Of a DNA stretch of 64,000 nucleotides, positions 39,188 to 46,676 are shown one piece after another (positions within the stretch are counted from its first letter, which is position 1; each line of letters begins with the position of its first letter). Location of the stretch: the sequence record PQ850628.1; one strand, given 5' to 3'. Source of the stretch: Escherichia phage StefiGeyer_Bas88. The position numbers and the translations under genes were made by a program. The notes beneath the pieces were generated by a model. That model was not told where the DNA came from and did not search any database. It saw only the letters and a list, made by a program, of their open reading frames with translations.

Positions 39188-39541
39188 TTATTGGTATATT
39201 AAATCAGTGAACGCTTGGTTATCCTCGACAATATCTAACTGTTCATAGGATTCCGTTAATTCATCCACATAAAAGACTGCTGGAATATCTTCTGCTCGCT
39301 GTCTACGAGTTTCTCTTTGTTCATTGCTGTTTCTCTGAACCTGTGCAAGTTTCATACCCCACACCTGCTCATACAACTCAGGATACTTATCACTAACCAC
39401 TACAAAGTTTCGAGCTGGTTGGTTTCGGTTAATCTTCGCTGTTAATTCAATAAACTGACGAAACTCTTGAATGGAGAGGTTGTCATGAATATTGTCCCAT
39501 TTGAGAACGCAGTGACGTTCTAGGCGTTGAGGTACTGGCAT
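39188..39541 (-). CDS. hypothetical protein
   Basis: 117-aa ORF upstream of DNA polymerase. Confidence 0.4.
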   Translation of the reverse strand: MPVPQRLERHCVLKWDNIHDNLSIQEFRQFIELTAKINRNQPARNFVVVSDKYPELYEQVWGMKLAQVQRNSNEQRETRRQRAEDIPAVFYVDELTESYEQLDIVEDNQAFTDLIYQ

Positions 39542-39544
39542 AAC

Positions 39545-39814
39545 TTACTCCACTGTCGGGAAAGGTTTCAGATTGTTCATAGCTGTACGAACATCAGCAC
39601 AGATTTCAAGATCACGATAAGAAAGGAATTTTCCATCCTTACCACGAATCATTACATTAGTTCGTGCTGTTTTATTAGGCAATAAAGAAATCCCTCCAAT
39701 CAGATGGTTGGTAGGGTGTTGTCCTTGATTAACCTTGTAATCATGAGTCTGAGCATCACCATTAAAGAGATGATCACGGATTTGGATTAAGCTGATCTTC
39801 ATATTATGCACCAA
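39545..39814 (-). CDS. hypothetical protein (tandem paralog 1)
   Basis: Shares TARTNV.(I/L)RG.DGKF(L/I)S(Y/F)RD...NLKPFP with the adjacent ORF. Confidence 0.4.
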   Translation of the reverse strand: MVHNMKISLIQIRDHLFNGDAQTHDYKVNQGQHPTNHLIGGISLLPNKTARTNVMIRGKDGKFLSYRDLEICADVRTAMNNLKPFPTVE

Positions 39815-40055
39815 AGTTAGGGAAAGGTTTCAGGTTTTCAATAGACTTAGCAATACGCTTAGGAACACTCTTATCACGGAAGGAGATGAACTTGCCATCA
39901 GGACCACGAAGAGCCACGTTAGTACGAGCTGTTGTTGGGTTAAATTGAATCATCTCAACAGAGCTTGTAACATTGCTCACGGGGAAGGTGTAGCTTTCAG
40001 TTACATCCAGAAAAGGAAAGAAATCAGTTACAGTGATATAAGTTACTTTAGACAT
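39804..40055 (-). CDS. hypothetical protein (tandem paralog 2)
   Basis: Same motif as 39545-39814; overlaps it by 11 nt. Confidence 0.4.
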   Translation of the reverse strand: MSKVTYITVTDFFPFLDVTESYTFPVSNVTSSVEMIQFNPTTARTNVALRGPDGKFISFRDKSVPKRIAKSIENLKPFPNFGA

Positions 40056-40081
40056 ATTTATTACCTTAGGTTATATAAAAG

Positions 40082-40110
40082 AAAAGGCCACCCGAAATGG
40101 GTAGCCTTAT
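40082..40110 (-). terminator. terminator-like hairpin (minus strand)
   Basis: Minus-strand RNA AAGGCUACCC-AUUUC-GGGUGGCCUU, about 10-bp stem, short U-tract. Confidence 0.45.
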
Positions 40111-40111
40111 A

Positions 40112-40429
40112 TTAACTTGAGCTTAAAGCTCCTTTGCGACCGCCTGCTGATTTTCCAGCACGATCTCCACTTTTGCCGCCGTTCGAGCGATTTCCAGAGA
40201 CTGATTCAACACGTAAGTTACTTGACGCATTAGAACCTCCCGACTTGATTGATCGTTTATGTCCAACATCTTTACCTCGGACAGCAGCTTTTCCATCGCG
40301 CTTTTCAACGATGCGACGTGCACGGTGGCGCTGAGCATCTCCGCTCTTGCTACCAACGCCGGTTTCACCCCTTGCGATTGCAGTTCTTCGTTCTTGTGCA
40401 TAATCACGTTTTGCCTTATCAGTCATCAT
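40112..40429 (-). CDS. basic Gly/Ser/Arg/Lys-rich low-complexity protein
   Basis: ATG at 40429 preceded by AAGGAG; 105 aa, e.g. GGKSGDRAGKSAGGRKG. Confidence 0.45.
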   Translation of the reverse strand: MMTDKAKRDYAQERRTAIARGETGVGSKSGDAQRHRARRIVEKRDGKAAVRGKDVGHKRSIKSGGSNASSNLRVESVSGNRSNGGKSGDRAGKSAGGRKGALSSS

Positions 40430-40473
40430 AACTCCTTAATATATCAGTGTACACTAAGGAGTATACATTATGT

Positions 40474-41211
40474 TTAGGATTTTTCAGATTCCATTGCTTT
40501 AACAATAGCTTTACAGAAACCTGAACGAACAATATCATCTGACTCACCATCAACCAAAGCAGCAAACTCAAACAGGTTGTGCTTGTCAATGAAGTCAGTA
40601 GCCCATTCCAAACCACTCTCACCACGCATGTCGTGCTGGTTAGTGTCACCCATACAGAACATCTGAGAGGTTTCACCAAGACGAGTCATAATAGAATATG
40701 CTTCATCAGGAGTGGTGTTCTGAAACTCGTCAACAATCACAATAGCATCATTGAACGAACGACCACGGAGGTATTCCAGAGGTACGAACTCAATGTTACC
40801 ATTACCAATTTGACACTCGTAGAAACCTTTACCGTAACGCTGAGTAATAACATCAACGATTGGCATCAGGTATGGTTCGAACTTCTCACGCAACCCACCG
40901 GGGAGTAATCCAAGCGAGTTACCCATACCAACAGCAGGTCGGCTTAGGATAATCTTTTGAATCTTCCCACTTTTCAGAGCATCAATAACTGTTGTTGTGA
41001 TAACATAGGTCTTACCACAGCCAGCAGGAGCATCCGTAAAGACTACTTGTTTAGTCTTGATAGCATTGAGCAGTTCGGATTGAAACTGATTCTGAGGGAC
41101 TACAGGCTTAGCAAGAACAACTTCTTGATACTCACGTTTACCTTTATTAGTCACCTGTTCACCACGACGAGCTGCTTTCCGTGCTTCTCTACGAGTTTCT
41201 CTGCGATTCAT
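40474..41211 (-). CDS. phoH: PhoH-like ATPase
   Basis: Walker A APAGCGKTY, Walker B IVIVDEFQN; RBS GGAGGT. Confidence 0.8.
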   Translation of the reverse strand: MNRRETRREARKAARRGEQVTNKGKREYQEVVLAKPVVPQNQFQSELLNAIKTKQVVFTDAPAGCGKTYVITTTVIDALKSGKIQKIILSRPAVGMGNSLGLLPGGLREKFEPYLMPIVDVITQRYGKGFYECQIGNGNIEFVPLEYLRGRSFNDAIVIVDEFQNTTPDEAYSIMTRLGETSQMFCMGDTNQHDMRGESGLEWATDFIDKHNLFEFAALVDGESDDIVRSGFCKAIVKAMESEKS

Positions 41212-41389
41212 TTTCTACCTCCAAGTTCTTCATACGTGTAGCTACAGGATTTACACTCTGAACAATGAGTACCTATAACCTTAACTTCGACAAATTTCTT
41301 ATTCTTCCCTTTCGTCGGAGAGCCTTTAGCAAGCTCTCGTATTACTTTCGAGTCCAGATGGAGAAGAGTGGATTCACATTTAAAACATT

Positions 41390-41710
41390 TCAGATAGATT
41401 TGTCCTTATGTAAACGATATACTTCAGTAGCCATACAAGCAATACGCTCGTCATGAGGGAGATGCATACCAGTAGAGCCATTCCACCCATTGAACTCTGA
41501 ATCAAAGAATCCAATAGGCTCAGGATACATCTCTTGCAAAGTGGTTAAGTCATCAGCCACTTGTTGCCATTTATCATCAGACCAGATTGGGTCATCCAAC
41601 CAATAATACAAATAGGAGTGGATAAGCATCTGCGTTCTGTGTCGTTTAATCACTTCAGCAGGACTAATCTCGTTTCCGTTACCAGTCCTAAATGTATTAT
41701 CATTAATCAT
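41390..41710 (-). CDS. hypothetical protein resembling NAD-dependent DNA ligase domain Ia
   Basis: HSYLYYWLDDPIWSDDKWQQVADDLTTLQEMYPEP resembles LigA N-terminal [35 protein letters not shown]. Confidence 0.35.
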   Translation of the reverse strand: MINDNTFRTGNGNEISPAEVIKRHRTQMLIHSYLYYWLDDPIWSDDKWQQVADDLTTLQEMYPEPIGFFDSEFNGWNGSTGMHLPHDERIACMATEVYRLHKDKSI

Positions 41711-41711
41711 T

Positions 41712-41924
41712 TTAAACCTTTTCGATTTTAATTAAATCAACATCAGCCCAAATACCAACAGGTATCAGCTTCTTCTTGGATTTAAGGGCAACATCATAGA
41801 TGCTTTGCCAAGGCCAGATAAACACTTCAGAGATAATCTCATAAGGTTCAATCTTGGTGGGGTATGGATTCCTGTCTGAGATACGGAAAGTAAATCGATG
41901 TTTTCCTAATACTAAACCTTTCAT
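41712..41924 (-). CDS. hypothetical protein
   Basis: 70-aa ORF. Confidence 0.35.
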   Translation of the reverse strand: MKGLVLGKHRFTFRISDRNPYPTKIEPYEIISEVFIWPWQSIYDVALKSKKKLIPVGIWADVDLIKIEKV

Positions 41925-42134
41925 TTACTTAACCTCAATAATCCCAAGTTTCCAAACATATCCGGGAGAAGAGTCCTGAACAGCTCCGTATTGAAGAACA
42001 ACATCACAAGCATCACTACCCATACCATCTAGCATCAGCTGACCACGAGTAGGACGGTCTTTGTAATAAGTTGCTTTTACTTCTGTGTCGTGAGTCCATT
42101 CACTAAAGCATAGACTTAATTTGTAGATTCTCAT
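41925..42134 (-). CDS. hypothetical protein
   Basis: 69-aa ORF. Confidence 0.35.
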   Translation of the reverse strand: MRIYKLSLCFSEWTHDTEVKATYYKDRPTRGQLMLDGMGSDACDVVLQYGAVQDSSPGYVWKLGIIEVK

Positions 42135-42610
42135 TCCAAAACCCTTTCTTCTAAATCATAAAAGATTTGATTTGTCCCATTATTCTCAACAAGCACTGTA
42201 CCATTATCTAACAGAGTAGCAACTTGTGAATAAGGAATGTTCTTTAACATCAGAGCGTTGATGGTTGGCTTATTTTTGAAGTAAGCGACCGGTTCAACAT
42301 AGAAGGAAATCCCACGACTCCCTTTGATTGGGGTACTCGAAGATAAAACCCAAATCGTTTCTGGCTTGTCTATTTCCTTTTCAACACCAACCTCAACAAG
42401 TGAGTCAGCAGCGAAACCTACAGGACGACTAGAAGAGCCAAGTGCCCGAATAAATCCTGGCAATTTTGACATGTTAGACCAACTACCAGTGTTTTCATTA
42501 AACACAGGTCTTACGTCTCCATATGCCCAAACCAGATTATCATAGTCACGGGCTATGTATTTAACCCAATCAGGAACATCATACTCCCTTCCTTCAAAAA
42601 TAGCTTTCAT
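42131..42610 (-). CDS. hypothetical protein
   Basis: 159-aa ORF, ATGA-type overlap with the downstream gene. Confidence 0.45.
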   Translation of the reverse strand: MKAIFEGREYDVPDWVKYIARDYDNLVWAYGDVRPVFNENTGSWSNMSKLPGFIRALGSSSRPVGFAADSLVEVGVEKEIDKPETIWVLSSSTPIKGSRGISFYVEPVAYFKNKPTINALMLKNIPYSQVATLLDNGTVLVENNGTNQIFYDLEERVLE

Positions 42611-42841
42611 TTAGATAACCTTGTGCTTATAGATGTTAGGGTTGTAGTAATGCAACCAGTTTATGTATTGTTTCTGTTCGAGGTAGTGCCTGCAATCATG
42701 ACAAAAAGCATGACCCAAACCTGTTTCCTCATTCAGTTTGAAATTGATAAGAAGCTTCTGCTTTCGACAGAAGCTACATGCTTTAGTGGGCTTCACGTAA
42801 TGCATCCCAAGAGATTGGATATATTTTACGAAGCTCTTCAT
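42611..42841 (-). CDS. Cys/His-rich putative zinc-binding protein
   Basis: CSFCRKQ...HAFCHDCRH; track start 42919 overlaps thyX, so an internal Met (42841 or 42805) is more likely. Confidence 0.35.
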   Translation of the reverse strand: MKSFVKYIQSLGMHYVKPTKACSFCRKQKLLINFKLNEETGLGHAFCHDCRHYLEQKQYINWLHYYNPNIYKHKVI

Positions 42842-43433
42842 CAATTGTTGATGCGAACACTCGTACTTCGTACTGAGCATGGTCTGACAGTCGCTGACGA
42901 CACAACTCTGACCAACCATATAGAGAACCAGTCCATACCCACTCAGTGATCATACCCTGAGGTAATACGAATCGAGCTTGTTCTGGAGCAATGAACTTAA
43001 TCAATTCATCGTACGACTCAAGAGCTGTTTCATATGCTCGGTTAATCAGAACTAGTGCAGAGTTTTGTGCTCCTGTGGTGAGGAGATTCCCTGCACCTGC
43101 ATGGAGGTCCGAAGGTCTTTCAAAAATCTCTTTAGGGATGAAGAGTTCAACTGCTCCATCTTTATACCGCCGGGACATTTCGTTCCACGAGAATCCAACT
43201 TGATGCTTGCCCAACTGTCTCGCAATTGCGATTGGCGCTTTGCATCGGAAGCTAATTGTCGGATGACGGAATGGTGTGACATGCTTTTCTCTGGCAAGGA
43301 ACTTGATAAGGCGTTCATCTCGTTCATTTAACTCTCCTTCACGAGTAACCCCAAAGGAAACTCGAGCTGCATTAACAACAGATTTATCAGAACCCATTGC
43401 TTCGATTAGTGTTGCTTGTAATTGTTCATTCAT
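42783..43433 (-). CDS. thyX: flavin-dependent thymidylate synthase ThyX-like
   Basis: DKSVVNAARVSFGV, KAPIAIARQ and LSDHAQYEV resemble ThyX; the canonical RHR-x7-S signature reads KHQVGFSWNEMS. Confidence 0.7.
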   Translation of the reverse strand: MNEQLQATLIEAMGSDKSVVNAARVSFGVTREGELNERDERLIKFLAREKHVTPFRHPTISFRCKAPIAIARQLGKHQVGFSWNEMSRRYKDGAVELFIPKEIFERPSDLHAGAGNLLTTGAQNSALVLINRAYETALESYDELIKFIAPEQARFVLPQGMITEWVWTGSLYGWSELCRQRLSDHAQYEVRVFASTIDEELRKIYPISWDALREAH

Positions 43434-43447
43434 CCTTGAACTCTTCC

Positions 43448-43663
43448 TTAATAATGAATCTTTTTATAAATCATGTTGCTTCCACTTTCTGTTTCAATCC
43501 CTTTCTGAATTGTAATCTTAGAAGCGCCAGTGTTAGCAATTTTTAAAGCTCGCTTAAAGCGGCGAGCCTCTCTCCGTGTTGTATATGAGGAGAAACTAGG
43601 GATTGTGCTATCAAAATTAAACCACTTAACTGCCCAAAAAGTAATCCAAGGTTTCTTTTCCAT
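43448..43663 (-). CDS. small protein, K(V/I)HY-tail paralog family member
   Basis: 71 aa; shares W.V.(V/I)(K/R)W, TR.EAR..KK and C-terminal K(I/V)HY with 45528-45734 and 45734-45946. Confidence 0.4.
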   Translation of the reverse strand: MEKKPWITFWAVKWFNFDSTIPSFSSYTTRREARRFKRALKIANTGASKITIQKGIETESGSNMIYKKIHY

Positions 43664-43664
43664 A

Positions 43665-43940
43665 TTAAATACCTTTCAGAGCCGTGTCTAAAAATGCACG
43701 GAGATTAGATTCAGTTTGCATACCTGATAAGCTGTAATGAGCACCACTGTTCTTATCAGGGATGACAAAGGCTGGGATACTGCGAACACCATATTCAATG
43801 GCTCGCTCTCGACCATCACCTTCAGAGATATTTACTTCTTCAACTTCTACACTGTAGTCAGCCACAACCTTCTTAAACACAGGAGCCATAGCTGCACACG
43901 GAGCACATGAATTACTATAAAACTTAATTACTTTACTCAT
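43665..43940 (-). CDS. thioredoxin/glutaredoxin-like protein
   Basis: ATG at 43940; CxxC active site in KFYSNSCAPCAAMAPVF. Confidence 0.6.
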   Translation of the reverse strand: MSKVIKFYSNSCAPCAAMAPVFKKVVADYSVEVEEVNISEGDGRERAIEYGVRSIPAFVIPDKNSGAHYSLSGMQTESNLRAFLDTALKGI

Positions 43941-43941
43941 T

Positions 43942-44118
43942 CTATTCCTTGTTAATAAACAGGTTGATATGACGCTGGGTAGCAGGAACAACAATAAAAG
44001 ATTTATACTGACCTTTTGCTAAGTCATGAGCAATCTTCTTTGTCTGACCAAGACCCATCACACAGCCACTAACGATAATGGCATGTGCTTGTAATTCTTC
44101 AGGTAGGTTTAGTTTCAC
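43942..44118 (-). CDS. hypothetical small protein (58 aa, GTG start)
   Basis: GTG at 44118 preceded by AAGGAA; stop one nt before the thioredoxin ATG; fills gap between annotated ORFs. Confidence 0.3.
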   Translation of the reverse strand: MKLNLPEELQAHAIIVSGCVMGLGQTKKIAHDLAKGQYKSFIVVPATQRHINLFINKE

Positions 44119-44130
44119 TCTTTAGATTCC

Positions 44131-44316
44131 TTATAGCATACAAAGAATAATAACAAGAGGTAGTGTTATAGCAAAATGTACCAGAACAACACTACCTAGC
44201 TTGATAGCTTTAACATCCTCTTCTGCTGGGTTTTCTTTAATTGCTAAATTTCGAGCTTTATATATAACAGTACCAACTATTAACGACCACACGGCCCACA
44301 CAATCAGTGAAATCAT
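44131..44316 (-). CDS. small membrane protein (paralog 1)
   Basis: 61 aa, two hydrophobic helices; shares ENP...K.IK.GS..LV.F with 44326-44547. Confidence 0.4.
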   Translation of the reverse strand: MISLIVWAVWSLIVGTVIYKARNLAIKENPAEEDVKAIKLGSVVLVHFAITLPLVIILCML

Positions 44317-44325
44317 ATCAAACCC

Positions 44326-44547
44326 TTATGCAGTCAACAGGTGGAGAAGGAAAGGAATGACAACAGAGAAAATTACCAGAGCAATGCTGCCATGTTTAAT
44401 GGGTTTAGCATCATTCGGATTTTCTTTAAGCATCTGTTTCTGAGCCAGATAAACGATACCACCAACAAGAATTGCCCACACAGACCATACGATTGCTGAA
44501 AACATATTCACATCCTTATAAAGAAGTTCGCCCCACCTCTTAAACAA
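44326..44547 (-). CDS. small membrane protein (paralog 2)
   Basis: 73 aa, two hydrophobic helices, same motif as 44131-44316. Confidence 0.4.
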   Translation of the reverse strand: MFKRWGELLYKDVNMFSAIVWSVWAILVGGIVYLAQKQMLKENPNDAKPIKHGSIALVIFSVVIPFLLHLLTA

Positions 44548-44568
44548 AGAGACAGGGCGGAGGTTTGA

Positions 44569-45135
44569 TTAGTAAGACACGTCACCACTAGAGTGGGACA
44601 TGTTGCTCTTGACGAAGTAACAGAACTTGCCAAGACCTTCATTAATTTCTTGAAGCATACTCTGGTCTACTGGATAGGTGCACAAGTCTGAATCAAACTC
44701 GTCCATCTTTTCAATGATACACATCAGAGTCATGCACATGTCGGAAAGCATACCGTCCATGTCGAGATCAGCACTACCTTCTCTGAACCAAGCACAACTA
44801 AGATAGCTACTAGCTGTTGCATCCACTTTGATACAGTGATAACGCATTCGCTCAGCTACTCGGTCTCCTGTTTCACGAGCATAGTCTTCTAATTCATCGA
44901 ACATACCATGAACACCTTGGAAACCAGCTCCAGAGACGTTCCAGTGGTAATTCTTTGCTTTGATGTGTAGAAGCTCAAGGTTAGCCTGCACACCGCATAG
45001 GATGTGCTCTAGACTGTTACCGCTGATCAGTTTATTCATTCCCTCAAGACGAGAGATAGAGGAGTCAGTTGTAGAGAATGGGTTACTAGAACCCACTCGT
45101 GTTAGTTCAGGTAAGTCGAAGACATTATTATGCAT
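44569..45135 (-). CDS. Dps/ferritin-like protein
   Basis: ANLELLHIKAKNYHWNVSGAGFQGVHGMFDELEDYARETGDRVAERM matches the Dps pattern (N.HWNV.G..F...H..F.E.Y). Confidence 0.5.
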   Translation of the reverse strand: MHNNVFDLPELTRVGSSNPFSTTDSSISRLEGMNKLISGNSLEHILCGVQANLELLHIKAKNYHWNVSGAGFQGVHGMFDELEDYARETGDRVAERMRYHCIKVDATASSYLSCAWFREGSADLDMDGMLSDMCMTLMCIIEKMDEFDSDLCTYPVDQSMLQEINEGLGKFCYFVKSNMSHSSGDVSY

Positions 45136-45475
45136 TAGGAGTCTCTCCTTCTAAGTTAGTTGAATTAGCCACATTACGAGCAATGTTATCCATGACCTGC
45201 TGTGTAATAACAATGCAATTCTGAGGGTCTACTGATTTAGAACGCCCCATTTCAGGGTCATAGACTTTGACTCGCTTGGCTGTTGAGCCAGTAACTTGCA
45301 ACACTTTGAGAAGATAACCTTGATTTCCAATAGACCATGCAACAACATCACGATTCTTGATATAACGACCAAGCATATCACGATGATAGAACTGCTGCAT
45401 AACTTTAGCTTTGCTAATCTCTTCAGATGGCGGGGCCACTTTACTCAAATCTAACATAACTCTCTCCTGTTTCAT
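45128..45475 (-). CDS. hypothetical protein
   Basis: 115-aa ORF. Confidence 0.4.
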   Translation of the reverse strand: MKQERVMLDLSKVAPPSEEISKAKVMQQFYHRDMLGRYIKNRDVVAWSIGNQGYLLKVLQVTGSTAKRVKVYDPEMGRSKSVDPQNCIVITQQVMDNIARNVANSTNLEGETPNA

Positions 45476-45527
45476 ACAATATTCTTATACTGTATATACA
45501 TTTGAGAGTTATCATATCTACTACCAA

Positions 45528-45734
45528 CTAGTAATGAACCTTGCTAGTCAAGGATCCTGCACTGTTATTGTCACTTTGAAACCAACGATGAATCTCTACT
45601 TTTTCAGCGAGACCTAAAGCTTTTGTAGCTTTCTTAGCAAGACGAGCTTCTTGTCGAGTGTCGAATAATTTAAGACAATCACCACCAAGGTCTTTGTTAG
45701 CCCATTTAACGCGAACTGCCCATAATTTAGTCAT
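45528..45734 (-). CDS. small protein, K(V/I)HY-tail paralog family member
   Basis: 68 aa; WAVRVKW...TRQEARLAKKA...SKVHY. Confidence 0.4.
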   Translation of the reverse strand: MTKLWAVRVKWANKDLGGDCLKLFDTRQEARLAKKATKALGLAEKVEIHRWFQSDNNSAGSLTSKVHY

Positions 45735-45946
45735 TAGTAATGTACCTTTCCACTGATATAGAAACGACCTGATTTAAAGTCTTGAGCTTTGTGAATAGTG
45801 ACCTTATCAATTGTACTTTCACAGCTTAATAAGAATTTCTTATGAGCGCGAGCCTCTTGACGAGTATTCCTGATGCCCATTGATTCCGTACCACTACTCC
45901 AGCGGATACGAACGACCCAACGTCTTTTCATTGTTCCAAACTCCAT
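45734..45946 (-). CDS. small protein, K(V/I)HY-tail paralog family member
   Basis: 70 aa; WVVRIRW...TRQEARAHKKF...GKVHY. Confidence 0.4.
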   Translation of the reverse strand: MEFGTMKRRWVVRIRWSSGTESMGIRNTRQEARAHKKFLLSCESTIDKVTIHKAQDFKSGRFYISGKVHY

Positions 45947-46146
45947 TATCTGTCAACCGATTCAGGGACAAACTGCATTACACATACCTGATTACGAGGG
46001 AGATTTATTTCACAAGCAGCTTTTCTATCAGCAACCTTTGCTGATGAGTTAGGGCCTATTTGAGCCATCATTATTCCCATAGCAAACATGCCGATGATTA
46101 TGCCAATTGATAGAGATGCTACGGTTTCTTGTTTCATCTTAATCAC
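45946..46146 (-). CDS. small membrane protein
   Basis: 66 aa with hydrophobic segment SLSIGIIIGMFAMGIMMA. Confidence 0.35.
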   Translation of the reverse strand: MIKMKQETVASLSIGIIIGMFAMGIMMAQIGPNSSAKVADRKAACEINLPRNQVCVMQFVPESVDR

Positions 46147-46676
46147 ACCCCTTTAGATGCAACTACACTATTGCTACCATTGTAGCGACCCTTCACTGCA
46201 TATGAATCGTCGCCAGCGTGAGAGTGTTCAAACATAACCATCTGACCAACACGCATTCCAGCACGAACTCGTAAGCTGTGATTGTGGGTAACATTATGGA
46301 ACTCAAAGGTCAGCTTACTGTTGTTAAACCCTGCATCAGCCCAACCAGCATGGAGATGGTTTAAACCACAACGAGCCATTGAGGAGCGGAGTACAAACAG
46401 ACTTGAAATATTATCTGGAAGGTTAAACTCTTCCATTGAGTGAGCTAAGAAGAACTGTCCCGGAGTGATAACGATACCATCTTCAGGGATTTTTACTTCT
46501 TTCCACTTGAGGTTTTCTTTAGCATCAATGTCAACAATACCATCAGCCTGCTCTTCAACAAGGATAGTATCACCAATACGGATATCCACACTAGCAGCGT
46601 TAACATACTTATGCTCCGCATCTAAAAAGCCATTATCAATAACGCTGTGTAATTCTTGAGAACCTAAAAGACTCAT
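46143..46676 (-). CDS. dcd: dCTP deaminase
   Basis: dUTPase-fold motifs ASVDIRIGD, SSMARCGL, AGWADAGF; 177 aa. Confidence 0.75.
   Translation of the reverse strand: MSLLGSQELHSVIDNGFLDAEHKYVNAASVDIRIGDTILVEEQADGIVDIDAKENLKWKEVKIPEDGIVITPGQFFLAHSMEEFNLPDNISSLFVLRSSMARCGLNHLHAGWADAGFNNSKLTFEFHNVTHNHSLRVRAGMRVGQMVMFEHSHAGDDSYAVKGRYNGSNSVVASKGV

Noticed and set aside
40123-40407. 94-aa alternative-frame ORF (GTG start) nested inside the basic low-complexity gene
   Set aside because: No RBS, and the region is open in five frames because of composition bias; the overlapping 40112-40429 frame has a perfect AAGGAG RBS.
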